Positions 13,201 to 27,082 of a stretch of DNA of 64,000 nt are shown here, in pieces (position 1 is the stretch's first letter; every line of letters starts with the position of its first letter). The position numbers and the translations under genes were made by a program. The notes under the pieces were generated by a model. The model had not been told where the DNA came from and did not search any database. It was given only the letters and a program-made list of their open reading frames with translations. Origin of the DNA: Dimorphilus gyrociliatus (Eukaryota; Animalia; Annelida); contig CAJFCJ010000084.1 in assembly GCA_904063045.1 (NCBI GenBank), positions 1 through 64,000 on the forward strand, in the 5' to 3' direction.

Positions 13201-16200
13201 TTCATAGTGAAAGAAAAAAAACATTGTTAAGCTAACAAACTCTAGATTGTACAGATGCAATGACTTTTCGAGAATGTAGAATATCTAATAAGTGATTTTA
13301 ACAGGAAATTCTAGAAATTTTATTTACATAAATATTTGTTAATTATCAAGATCAGAAAACATCCATTTTCCATTTCAAATTGAATGCTCAAATAGAATTG
13401 GTCAAAGGTGTAATGGTCGAAATGTTCTAATAATGTTTGATACTTGCTATTTCATCTATGAAAAAGAAATGATGACTATTGAAGAAAAAAGTAAGTTTTG
13501 TAGGAAGAAAAATCTAACTCTAGCAGACTACCCTACTTCTCATAAGTTACATGCTCTTATGTTTATACAAAGTTTTATTAACCATGAACTTGAATCAAAG
13601 ATGAAATTTGCATATTTATGTAAAATAATTTGAAATTGAAATAGTTTAAAGTCTTTTAAAAACAAACAAAAAAATAATTCCAGATTTTAAAGTTGTTAAG
13701 ACAAAAGCTGATAAATTGATAAGTGTAACTTCTAGTAATTTTCAATCTGCTCTACCATTATTTAAAACAGCAGATTATTCTCCTAATGTAATATTTTCTT
13801 TATAAAAGCTTAAGACAACATGTATAGATTTCAAAATTCTAATTTACACAGCCAGGCTTAATGAAATCATTATTTCTGGAAAATTTCTATCAGCATATCA
13901 ATGTAAATGTCTTGTTGGGCAGTAATTTCTGCTATTTACTAGATATAGAAGGAAATAAAAACCCAGTAAGTATTCTCTAAATAGCTGCAATAGCAGACAA
14001 TTTGATTTTTTTCACTTGATTATTCTCAGCCAAAACTGTTTCTTATGAATAAACCTTGTAGAAATAAAATAGCTGGGCCAGTTATATGTCAAAAAATCTT
14101 GAGTATATTAACTCTTTGGAATTTAATTAAAACATAGAAAATGATATAAAATTTTTATTATAAGATCTATCAGAACCTTTGTTATCTTTTCAACCTTCTG
14201 AGAAAGTGGAAGAATTTCCTGAAAATTGTTTCTTTTGCAAAAATTATCACATATTCTTAAATATTGTTTTTAAATGTCAGAAAGTCGAACTAACCTGTCA
14301 CTTGAATAATTCAGATAACGATTGCTTAATTGAATTAACTGACTACTTTATTTGTGATGACAATAGACAAAGAGTTGGAAGTTACCTTGTCTGCAACTAT
14401 ATCAAAGATTGTTTAGATGGCTCAGATGAGAGATATTGCAGTATGATAAACAAAGACACACACACACCTATACACATTCATTCACTAAATTCTCTCTATT
14501 CTATTTTATATTTTATTTCTCTTTTATTCCAGCTTTTCCAGTTTGCAGTGCAAATGAAAGGTAAATTCATATTTTCTTTCTTTAAACCTCTTTTAAGGAT
14601 TTTTGTTTTAAACAGAAAATGTATCAGTGAACAGTGTGTACACGTGAATCAGGTGTGCAATAATGAAGTTAATTGCTTTTGTGAAAGTGATGAATTATGC
14701 CTCAGCAGTGATTCAATACACAGGGACTACATATCCAGTTAGTATATGAGTTTGGTTAGAAAAAAAAAATACATTTTAGGCCTAGTTTTCTTATCTTGAT
14801 TCTATATCCAGCATGTAACAAAAATTTTCAACTGGAGTTTGAGAATACTTGCTATCCTTCAAATTCCATTTTTATTAGATTCAATGAATTTTGTGAAGAA
14901 AAATGCCTTTTGAAAAAATTCTCTTCCAATCATCCTATACCTAACCTTTTCTGTTGTGAAATCATTGATAATAGAGACTCTTGTCCAAGAGGATTCTACC
15001 TATGCCATAGACAGAACTATTGTATTTCAATAAATTTCATTTGCGATGGTTTTCATCAGTGTTTTCATGGTGATGATGAAAGAAATTGTGGTAAGTATTT
15101 CTTTGAATGAATGAATGAGTTTTGAATTGAAAATGTTTGCAATGTTTGAATTATAGGTGATAAAGCTATCATAAAAGGCTACTTTCTTTGTTTAAAAGAA
15201 TGGAAATTCTTATCAAGATATCAAATCTGTGACAAAATTGTTGATTGTTTAGATGGAAGCGATGAAATCTTATGCAATATTCCTAAAATTAATCATAGAG
15301 ATTGCAAAAGTAAGCAATCAGCTCCCCATATCATTTCTTGTAATTTTAAAAATAGTCAAAAAGACCCAAAAGAACAATTTCAAATTTCAAATATAACCTA
15401 TGCAAAACAAATTACAATCATTGGTGAAATGTTTAAAAACTTTCAATTAGACAATTCAACTGATTTAGTCATTTTAAATATTACTGAAAGTTCAAGATAT
15501 TTACAAAATTTTCATCTAAATTTTCCAAATTTAATATCATTATCTTTAATAAAAAATGAAATTCAAGAAAATCATTACATTTTAAATAATGAATTGAGAC
15601 TTTTAAATAAATTATCAATTTCAAAAAACCCAATAGGCTCATTAAACTTTTTGAAAAATTTGAAATGTTTATATCTAAGAAAATTGGATATATCTTTTAC
15701 AAAAGTTACAAATTTTTCCAAAAATATTTTTTATAAATTGCATTTTCTAGAAATTTTAAATATTCAAAATTGTCTTATTAATATAATTGATAGAATGACA
15801 TTTATTTATATAAAACAATTGAAAGTTTTAGATCTTAGTAATACTAGAATATCACAAAACCATTATTTAGCTATTGTCAGTAAATTAGAACAATTAGAGG
15901 TAGTCTATGGTGGAAATTCTAGACTTTGTTGCCTATTCTGGAAGTATATTAATGATGATATTGAATGTCGAGCATCACTCTATAAATATCCATTGTGTTT
16001 GACAATGTTCAAGTCTACCCAAGAGAGAGTTCTCTATTGGATTCTAGGAATATTTGGTACTATTGTTAACAGTCTTTCCAATGTTTTATTGCTTAGATCA
16101 AAGAGCTTTTCAAAATATTTCCGTTTCTTATCAAATCTAAGCAGTTTTTTTATTTCTCTCTATTTTCTGCTTCTGTCTTTGGCCGACGCCTACTACAAAG

Positions 16201-17015
16201 AATCATTTATTGAATACTCTTACAAATGGTTTAATGGTGCATTTTGCCAGTTTCTGGGAACTGTTGCAACATATTCATTACTGTTATCAGTAGCTTCTAT
16301 GCTAATGATAACACTTGAAAGATATTTAGCAGTTGTTAACCCTATGAAAAAGTCAGTGATAACTATTCATCAAAATATATGGAGTGTGTGTACTGTTATT
16401 TTATGTATTTTGGCATCACTAAGTTATTTTTTGAGCAATAAAGTAAATTCTATTCTTTAAGGTATATCAACTTTTCAAATTCTCAAACCTTTTTTCACTA
16501 TTACAGCATTATCATGGACAGTCTCTCTATTGTTTTTCAATATATATTCAAAGTAAAAAAATCAATGGTTGGATATTTTCATTTGTCCTCTTTGGAATTT
16601 TGAATCCTCTAATAAGCTTGATCATATTTTTTATGTATACTCGTATAATTACTATTGTGAGAGGATCATCAAAGGAACTAGGACAATCAAGAGGAAAAGG
16701 TAGTGGTGAAAGAAATGTAAAAATGAGTATTCTTGTCCTATCTGTTTCAAACTTGTTGGCATGGTTGCCCATTACACTCTTAAGTTTGTTAAAAAAATTT
16801 CACACAATTAAAGCTGGATAAAAAATATTTTGACTTTCACACTGGCAGCTTTTATAGCTCAGATTACAGAGGTATCCTTTAGCAATAGCATGTATAGTTG
16901 GATAGTATTTTGCATACTATTCTCAAATATGACATTGAATCCAATCATTTTGACATTTGGTGAAATTTTACAAAGAATTGAAAATTATAAGCAAAGATTG
17001 ATTGTAAAAAGGTAA
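10241..17015 (+). CDS. Multi-exon GRL101-like LGR: signal peptide, SRCR-like modules, CTLD-like module, at least 4 LDLa, LRRs, 7TM; 5' exons carry disablements
   Basis: SRCR-like ICRQLGY and GILQMYHSNGKWF...VCSFFGF; CTLD-like CYFIYE...FCRKKNLTLADYPT; LDLa CDGFHQCFHGDDERNC and DCLDGSDE; open LRR-TM4 exon 15429-16440 with TLERY; TM7 NMTLNPII; in-frame TAA at 13233. Confidence 0.8.
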
Positions 17016-17486
17016 AATATTAAAAGTTTTCCAATGTAGGCTTAATTTTTTCAACTTTTGAATATTTTTTTAAAAAACAATGCAGGATACACTTGATTGA
17101 AGAAAATACTATTGATAGTATTAAAAAATGTAATTTCCTATTTCTTTTTAAGTTTATGAGTAGTTTTGAAAAACTGTTATTCTTTCAGTTAGCTCACTGT
17201 TAGAGCATCAGTATACTAACTGCTTGACATTTGGTGATCATAATCAATATTTCAATTCCCTTCATACAGGACAAACGTTTTATGCAAATATGATATATTT
17301 GCAATGTTGTATATCTATTTCAAAAGCTGTAAAATATATTCAGAGCCTAAACTTTTCACTTTTTTTTTCATAACAAAAAAAATTCTTCAAAGAAGGCAGC
17401 AATTTGTTTAATTTTCTGAAAAAAATTTTCTTTTGTGAGGAAACAATAAAATATCATAAAAGAAGTCAATTTGTAATTATTCCATA

Positions 17487-18166
17487 TCTCTCTCTCTCTC
17501 TCTTTCTACCTATACCTCAAACAAACAAAACCTCCATCGCTTCTTCTATCATATAGGGCAACACTTTGTTGTTCATTCTATTGTATCGGACTATCTTACT
17601 GTAGCTGCTTAGCTAAGCTATATTTGCTTGACAACCATTAAACAACAAAATGTTTAATCATCTTTTCTCTAGGTAGAGAGATAGAATTTTGGTTGAGGTT
17701 TAGGTAAGGGTTGCCACCCACTAATAAGAGCTGATTCATAGAACTTTTTCAAATAATCTTTGCTGAAAGACAAGGATGTTAATTATTGACATGTGCAGTC
17801 AGTTAGTAGGTGTTATAGTGTAAAGCAAATAAACATCCTGTCCAGTTCACTTTCGGAGTGACTGTATTCATAATGGGTAATTACATCTGATCAGTTTTAC
17901 AAATAACCAACTACAAGAACAACTACAACTGTTCCCATCAACAACTAACAGAATAGCTCTTTCTGCACTATAACTATGCCAAAATTTATTTCTAAAACCA
18001 CCTATTTGAGTTTTACATCACATTTAACCAAAGTATTGTCACAATGGCAAATGTGTACACATTTAGGCTGTTATTGTGCAATAATGTTCTAATGCTATTT
18101 CCAACATCAATCACTATCTTTTCTGTCTCTTCAAATGATTGAATTATCAATTAGATAACTATTTTA

Positions 18167-18198
<32 letters not shown>
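17487..18198. repeat. Microsatellites: (CT)n at about 17487 and (AT)n at about 18168; others at 21805 (GACA), 37693 (CT), 38088 (CAA), 42930, 48270 and 55830
   Basis: Directly visible simple repeats. Confidence 0.9.
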
Positions 18199-19517
18199 TC
18201 TGTAACTCTCACGAGACATTGGCAACTGTCCTCATCTGGCATCCTACAACAAATGTTCAATAATGGAAATATGGTTCAATCAAAGCCAACAAACCCTTTG
18301 ATATTTTTTGACAAACTACTTTGTTTGTTTTCTCAATATTCCATAAATCTTTAGTGCACTTGCCCTAATATTTTGAATGTTTGTAACACGTACAAATGTT
18401 CCTGTTCTATGTTTTAAAACAAACAAAAACTACTGCTTGCCTTAGAAAGTCCTGATTATGCTTTTGTTGGAAATAGTGAATTTTATAATTGATGCTGATC
18501 AAACAGCAACAGCGCCAGTTTCTTTAGCATCTTTGAAAGCTGATTATAACAATTGTGAGATACATTTGGTTATTGGTGATGAACTCATCAACGTAATATA
18601 TCTGTAGGCAAGAGTTAAAGTTGTCATATGACCTTTTTGCCTTTTCTCTCACATAATTCTTGTAGATCAGTAGGAAAGTAGCACATTGAAGAAGAGACTA
18701 TTCTGCTGCTAAACAATTATTTAGCTTATGTTGTTGGTCTGATGGCAAACACTTGATTTCTCGCTTTTCAATATTTTTTTTTCTCTATGATATCCCCTAA
18801 TCAAAACTCTTTAATAATTTAAAATTGTCTTGTTGACTACATTCTACCAATGAATTCTAGTGTAGCTTTCTAACATCTGCCTCATCCTTCTGAGGCGAAA
18901 CAAAGAGCTCTGGTTTCACCTTGGATAAAGTTTCACTTTACAGAATGTTCTAAAGAGTCTACCAAAAAAATGGGCATGCAGACTGAACTCTTTTTTTTTT
19001 CTATTCAATTAATCAATTTTGAATTTATTGAAATAAGTTATAAAAGAGTTGATCTTCTCTGTAAAATTTTCCTTACAAAACATCCAAAGGAGAAAATGTC
19101 TACTTTATCTTCTCCATCTTCAAGAATTTTACTGTTTAGAAAGGAAAATAAAAATTTTCCATCATCATTCTAAAGATTGATAGTTTCAATTTTAGATAAA
19201 TAAAAAAAATGAGAATTAGATTGAGAAACCTGATAGATGTGTTCTTGTAGTATTTCTTGACAATTAATAGCAATAGAATGTCTATGGGCCGTAACGTATT
19301 CTTTACAAAGGTAGTATATGCAGTAAAAATATAGATTTTTTTTAAACATATTTCTATTAATTTGAAATGATCTAAACCCTAGAAACATGAATGTATTTAT
19401 AGTTTTCTCTCTTTCAAATCTAAGGAAATGAATGTCTATGTTAAAAAAAAGAAAATTTATGAAAACAAAAGAAAAAAAAATTCCAACTATTTGAAAAATG
19501 TTTTTCAACAATTGCAT

Positions 19518-22500
19518 TCAAATTTGATTTTCTAAAAATAGAAAAAAAAGAAAAAATTCAAATATAGTTAATTGTAATTTGTGAGATTTAAAAAAAAAAA
19601 AACCAAACAAAACATACTTTAATTCAAATTTTTTAATTTTTAAAATTTTTACATATTTAGTAATTTCATTTAGAGAATAAAGAATTGGATTTATTATTGA
19701 ATTAATAAATAATAAGTAGGAAATGAGTGAAATATATATTTCATTAGTCATCTTTATTGTTATGAAAAATGAAAGAATAGCTAAAATGACAACAACAACA
19801 AAAAAACACTTTGAAATGTTGTTTATATTTTTTGTCAAAATTACTATTACACTCACCTAACAACAATATTGGTGTCCAACTAATTAAATATGTATAAGCA
19901 ATTAGATAATTTGTCCAATGAATTTCAATTTCTTTTCTATTTAACAACTTGCCAAATTTTTTGATATGACTGAATGTCATGTGATAAATTAAACAGTTTA
20001 GGAAGCTTAAAACAAATGTAAAACAACCAAATACTAAAAATGAAAAAATCCAACCTTCACCTTTAACATTAGATATTTCTAATGTGAAACAAATTGTTGA
20101 TTTAGAATAGAAATTCTAGAAAAGAAATTGTCGTTATTAGATCGTTGATTGCCAACGAAAGATTATATAATTTTAACGAAGTTTCATTCGTTAAACAAAG
20201 AATAATGTATATTGAAATTCCATTGGCAGCAAAACCAAATAATCCAATTATCCATAGAGATACTTTAACAATTGTAATTGGTATGATTCTTTCACACGAT
20301 TCCAAATTTTTTGCTATTGGTTTACAATTGACGCCATTAGAAAAGATTTTTTCAACTAGACAACAAATTTGAAATTGTTCACTTTCAATTATTTTGATTT
20401 TTAAAATAAATTTTAAAAAATTTTTAAAATATTTAACAGGAAATGACGTTTTTCTCATGAGTATTATTTCCAATTTGCTAAGACTTTTAAAAGCATCTTT
20501 TTCAAAATTATTTAGAGTAGTTATAAAATTCAAATTTAAATATTTCAATTGTTTAAAATCTTTAAAATCATCTTTAAAGATAGTTTGAATTTTTGTATAA
20601 GAAATATCTAAAGATAATAGATTTGAACATTTGATATTATTCAGAAACTGTAAATCTGTAAAGTGATTGTAAGATAAATTTAAATTTTGTAATAAATTGA
20701 AAATAGTTTTTTGGGTTAAAAAGTTTAAATTCTCCAATCTACATTCAGACAACTTTAAATAAACTATATTGTTTATATTTGTTATTTTCCATTTATTTAA
20801 ATATCTATTTTTAGAAATTTCCAAAGTGATTAGAAAATTTGAATCAATATATGAATTTAATAGAAAATTTCCCAAAATTGATATATTTTTGAAATTTGAA
20901 TCAATAGATTTGATATTTTCAACAGAAATATCACCATCATTCAAACTTTTATAACATTCTAAACAATAAATAAGTTTTGAGGTACAAAACTTTGAGAGGT
21001 TTGCAACTCGGGGAAAAACGCAAAATAAGTCGTCGCTAGCCAATTCACAATCGACAATTGAATTGCAGATTTTCTCAAAGGATAAAAATAAATTTTCATT
21101 TTTGCATTTATAAAATCCAGATGGTTTAAAATTTTCTATCAATCAAAAAAAAAAAAAAAACCAATTCAAATTCGTAATTTTCACATAAGTTTCTTCCTTT
21201 TACCGCAATCTAATTCGTCATCTCCGTATAAACAGTGATTTATTCCGTCGCAAACAAGTTCAATACCAATGCAGTATCCTTCGTAAAAGCATTTATACTG
21301 CTCTTTCTGACAAGATCTATCTAAACATAATTTCTTCAACAGTATTGGAAATCCTGTTCCATTGCTAAGAAAGCCTGTTGAACTGTATTGAATATTACAA
21401 TAATGTGGATTTTCTTTGCGACAATGCAACGTTGAACAGTCCAATTCATCTTCGTAGCCTTGACAATCTTTCTTCAAGTTACACTGTAAACCTTTTTGAA
21501 GGCATTGTTTTTCTGTACTTTGATAATTACAAAGGAATTGAGTTTTTGAATTACAAGCTGCAAATGATAATATCATTTAGTTTTATAGATAAATTAGAAA
21601 AAAAAAAACAACCAACTTATTTTATAAATATCTTCAATTGCAGATTCGTCAAAGCAGATTTCGTCACTTCCATCAAAACAATTAAATTCATTATCACAAA
21701 CATTTTCAAAAGGTATAAATTGTCCATTTTTACATTGAGACCTATTTTTTTTTATTTAATTAGTGTTACAACCAATAAGAAAGTAGTAGTAGTAGTTCAA
21801 CAACAGACAGACAGACAGACAGACAGACAGTTTGAGCCTTATACCTATATTTTGTGTCTGGTACTCTTCTAACTAAAAATTAAATTGCTGTACAAAAAAA
21901 CAAAAGATGAAATATACGAATTGATTATTACTGCAATTGCTTTCGTCAGATCCGTCAGAACAGTCTACTATATTGTTGCATACAAGTTTATAATTAATTT
22001 CCTCAGTTGTTGTAAAACATGAAAATTTTCCTTCTGAGCATTCAAATTCATCTTCTCCAGATTTACAATCCATAAATCCATCACATTTATAAATAATATT
22101 AATGCAGATATTATCCGTTTTACATTGAAAATAATTCTCCCTACACTCTTCCAACGATTCTGGCCTTTTATTCCTCAAACCTTGTCCGTCTGTTGTTTGT
22201 CAAAAATGTTTTTTTTTTTTTTATATAAAGTCGGTGTACTTTTGCATTAACCAAAAAACAATATATTCATGATGGCGGCTAAGATAAAGAGAGGATGTCA
22301 GGACGATGAAACTTGCAAACTGTTTATGAGCATGGATAGCTTTGGGATGCAATGGAAAACATCCTCAAATATATGATTTTATCCTAATTCTAACCTAGCT
22401 CTTTAGATGGCAAGAACAAATCTAGTATACAAACCCTCTAGTTGATGGCAAATTGTGTAAAATATAGAAGATTGCATAAATGGCTTTAGTTCTAAACTGT

Positions 22501-25380
22501 ACATATTATATAACTTATCAGCTGTATCAACAAATACACTGCAATATAAATCATTAATATTGTAAATATCACGTGACTCGAATACAAACTTTTCTGTGCT
22601 AATATTCATCATAGAAAATCCTGGTTGAATTAAAAATTTGTTTTGAATATCATATAATTCCCATCTCTTCCTATATGAGCCTACATTCATTTCATTGTTA
22701 TATTTTTTGCAGGCATCATCAATTTCTTCAGTATCAGGTGAATTGCCAACTATTCCATGTGCATTAATAAGATCTGCTGCATAATTATTAAATAATAAGA
22801 GATAATTTTTGTTATGTTTTTTAAAGTTTTTAAATCCTGAAAAAGAAGAAATGTTTTTTTTCTGCTCTTAATATTTTTAAAATAAGAGAAAGAGAGGCTA
22901 ACTGATGTTTAAATGAAGAAAACTAGTCCATTTCTGTTGTGTTTTTGAATAAATTTTATCAGCTGCCAAAATATATTTTGCAATTGTAACTTTATGAATA
23001 GTTGGTAGGTGAGTCAAAGTTAAATTATGCTGATGACACGTTTCCATAGAATTTTCACCATATTGCGGTTTATCAAAGAAAAATAAGTAATAGCAAACAT
23101 GTTCAAAATGAATTGAAGGATTTCCACTGCAACTAATAACTGTTGTTGTTGTTGTTTATATTTATTCATTGATAGTTTATTTGAGAAAGAAGAAGAAGAA
23201 GAAATCTATTTAAATTTTTTTTAACCTCTTTTTGAACATTTTAATGAAGGTAAATAATCTATTCTTTGTTCTCTATTATTTCTATATTGAAGACTGCAAT
23301 TTTGGATATTATTTGAAATGTTTTTACATTTCAAATGTGTAAATAGCAAAGATGCTGTTGACCATACACCCTCATCATTTATTCTTCTAAATACACTCTG
23401 AAATTGTTCATTCGAATCTTCTGTATCAACTGGATGTTTTGTAAGAAATTCAACATTGTAATCAGTCACTTTGGCAGCATCTTGTACTTGTTTATCTAGA
23501 CTTGAAAGTGTTCCAGAAGTAAAATTGAAGTGCTTACAAATTATTTGCATTTGTTGAAATGTCAAGAAAGTTACATAGTAATAAACGTCATTGTAAAATA
23601 TTACAGGTCTACCAGTTAAACTTGTTATATTTTCTCCAACTGTTTTCGGAGTAATATAACCATTTGGATTTTCTAATAGTATATTCTCATCTGTTGAGCC
23701 ACAACACAGTTGCTATAGTAATAAAAGAGAGAAAAAAAAAGAAAACTGTTAAAACAAACTTGAAATTGGCACACATTTAGGAAGGAGAATTATCAATTGG
23801 GAATGCTGTCTTTTGACAAAACAATCAATGACCTTTCCATACTTTAGACTACAATTTGTAAAGTAAAAAGATTTTGTTTCTATCATTTTATAATGAATAA
23901 TTGGGAGTTGTATTAAAGATAATTTTTTACAAATGAGAAAACTAGCAGCTTTAAAATTAATTTCGAAATTAAATATCAACAAATTAAAACCATAAATCTT
24001 GGAATTTATGAAATAAAAGTTTGATTTTATTGTTAGATATTCAATAATTCTTTGATAGCTATCAAAATATTTTGCATTGTATTTCATTATCTTAAAATCT
24101 TTTAAAAATTAAAAATATGAGAAATCAATAAATATTTTTACAATTTTCAATCAGATAAAATGGATGCTGGACAAAATATCTTTTAAAGTTTCCCTAAGCT
24201 TTTCTGTTGGAATGAACATTCTGTTTCAATAGGTTTCAGGCTTTGGTCTTAAAATAGATGATAATAATAATTCATAAGATTTCAGTTTCTCTAATCCTTT
24301 AGCTTAGCCCTTTAACAGACATTTTGTCTCTTTTCCAGTCAGAATATATTAAATGGCATTAAATACATATGCGTATATACCTTTTAATTCCATATATGAA
24401 CAAAGATATTTGCTTTTCTTCATTGATTTATCAAAAGTTACTGAGCTCACAGAACCAATTTTATCAAGCAATGATATAACAGCAGTGCTATTTTCAAATT
24501 CTACCTGAAATTTGATTCTTACTTTTTGTTGACTACACAAAACACTTGAATTATATTCTGAAGAAATCTTGTACACTTTTCCTATGTGTCTATACAAAAG
24601 TTCAAACAGATTGTTATTCAATTCCCGGACAAATAGATCTGTTATTTTATTGTTTTTTTTATTTTGCATCAATAAAAAGAGTTTAGTTTGCTAAAAGATT
24701 TTTTAGAAAGAAAAAATTTCCACTCGACTAAAAAAAATGATTATGATGGTTACTTTTGAAAATTGGAAGATAAATCAAGACTGAAGATTGCTTTTAGAAC
24801 TGCTCAAAATAATAGATAAAGTCTTTTCTTATTTTGATAGACAGCTAGCAATGTTATGTAAGAGAGGAAATATTTTCTTTATTTGCATAAATTTTAGGCC
24901 TAATGAATAATAACAAAAAAGAAAATCTCATACAAGATGAATTTCTTTTAAAGCAGGTTAAAATAATCCTTTCGTAAATCAATTCACCAAAATTTCTTTT
25001 TTGAAATTTCATATATCAATGAATGAAGTAGATTATTAATGAAATGGTATGCTTACTTACATCATCCATGTGCTTTCATCAAATGTTAAATGTACAGATT
25101 TCATTAGTTTTTTATCCAGAAAGTACTCAATATTGGCATAATTTTGATCGAAGCCCCTATTTTTACACATCGTATTCTTTGCTTTCTTGAATATTTCAAA
25201 TGTTTTTGAATAAATAACAATAGAATAACTTTCATTAAGTTGAGTACTTTTATAGAAAATATATGTTTTTAAAAAAGCTTTGTTATCTTCATAATTAATA
25301 AAATTTAAATGATCATAGACTGAACAAAATATAGATTTTGACCAAAAGATTTGTAAATAATAAAGCAAATGTATTATCAT
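19518..25380 (-). pseudogene. Multi-exon GRL101-like LGR with SRCR-like/CTLD-like/LDLa/LRR ectodomain; TM2-TM4 segment deleted
   Basis: Hydrophobic N-terminus at 25380; SRCR-like IICKHFNFTSG...LKCKNISNNIQNC; about 6 LDLa (21100-22180); LRR exon 20102-21142; TM2 abuts the FYSKSTICF exon; TM7 INSIINPILY. Confidence 0.8.
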
Positions 25381-27082
25381 AATATTTTTTGGTTTTTTTT
25401 GAAATTCTTAAAAAAAAATTCAAGTATAAAAGAGAAAGCAAAACAAAAGATATAAAAAAGGAAAAAAAACTGTCCAGCATGTGAATTAAACATTAATAAT
25501 ATCCATCCATTGAAAAATATAGCATTAAAAAATAGATTGAGTTGTAATTTGATTTTAAACTATACTTTTTTTCCCTTTTGTATTTATTTATTGTGTTTAC
25601 TGACTGAAATAATTCAAAACTATCTACATAAAAATCCTTAAGACTGACAATAATTGGGTCAAGCAAAGAACTGGAATGTACAAATATTTTTTACACTGCT
25701 GTTGTACAAAAATGGAAAATGGTCGCATGAGATAAAGGAACATCTGATTCTGAAGCTGTTTTACTAAAGATCATTCAAAAAACCATTTCCAACAATTGTT
25801 TTTCCCAAATATGTTGATATACATCAACTTTAAACTGTAGCTTTTAAGAAAATACAAGTAAGATCTGAATTGATTGATTGATTGATGACAATTTTAAAAA
25901 TTGAAAAACCTTTTTACTACAAAACCTTGGACAGACAAATGAATGATTCTGAAGGGGCAAAATGCTAAGAAAAAGAGTGAGTGCAACACCTTAAACCATC
26001 AAGTATGTTGCATTCTTCACGTGTAGTTAATACACAACATCTGATGCATGAACTTGACAAAAGTAACAATTCTTGATGATGTACTCTTTGTAATCATTGC
26101 ATGTTAAAAGCATGTATACAAAACAGTACATAAACAGGCCCCAACCCAAATCCAATATTTGGACTTTTACTCAATGACACAACTCAACAACAGTATAAAT
26201 AGGCAGAGGGTGAAAAGATCTTCCCATGTAGCAAATATGCCTGCAAATAAATGTAACACCAAAAATTGCAAATTCTGCAACTACTTTGAGGAATCTACTA
26301 AATGGACCAGCACTACATTCACTCAGGAGGATGTACATGTCTCTATTGAAGAAACTAAGGGACAAGAAAGGGACTGGTGGCCCCATGCTGGCACATATGT
26401 AAGAATGTGGGGTGAAGGGAATGAAATTCCTCCCACTACTATAGATCCCAGGTCAACAACTTAGCTAAGATTCTCAATGAAGTACTAGCAGCTAACTGGT
26501 TAGAAGTGAAAGAATTCATTGAAAAAGTAAATGAGTTTCATTGTTTTATCCCTGATGAATTCACAAGTATTTACAAACCCATAGTCCTGGAATTTGGTAA
26601 TATTTCAATCGAGTTGAATGAGGATTTTACAATCCCTCTACCAAGGGAAGTAGGAGGGGGTCAAGTAGTACCCACATCTCAATCAAATATTTTTCGCCCT
26701 GGAGAAACTAAAGGAGGATTACCAAAGATAAATATATAAAAAGTTATCTGTTCATAGATGGAGCCACCCTTTAGGTATTATATAAAGTGGAAAAACATAT
26801 ATTGTTTCAATACCTGATGAAGCTTGGACAGGGCGAAAAGTATTGTGTTCTATTTACAATAAATTTTACTTTTAAAACAAATACTTGTATGTTTTCTTTA
26901 CTTACCTACAAGAAAACAAGATTGTCTTCACTCTCTTCTTTATACTTTATCTCTCATCAGTAACGGGAATACATATACAACTGTACATTGAAACACAATG
27001 GTTGAAATTTGAAAACTTAGACAGTTATATTTGAATTTCACTGTTTGGGTAAACACACACTTGTGGAACTATCTGTTCACCT

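Noticed and set aside
17200-19330. TRIM/B-box gene relic on the minus strand (YYLCKEYVTAHRH)
   Set aside because: Only isolated Cys/His scraps; no continuous model can be supported by eye.
20145-21872. Plus-strand ORFs opposite the LGR exons (also 8762-9058, 29568-29753, 59192-59473)
   Set aside because: Antisense shadows of real coding exons.
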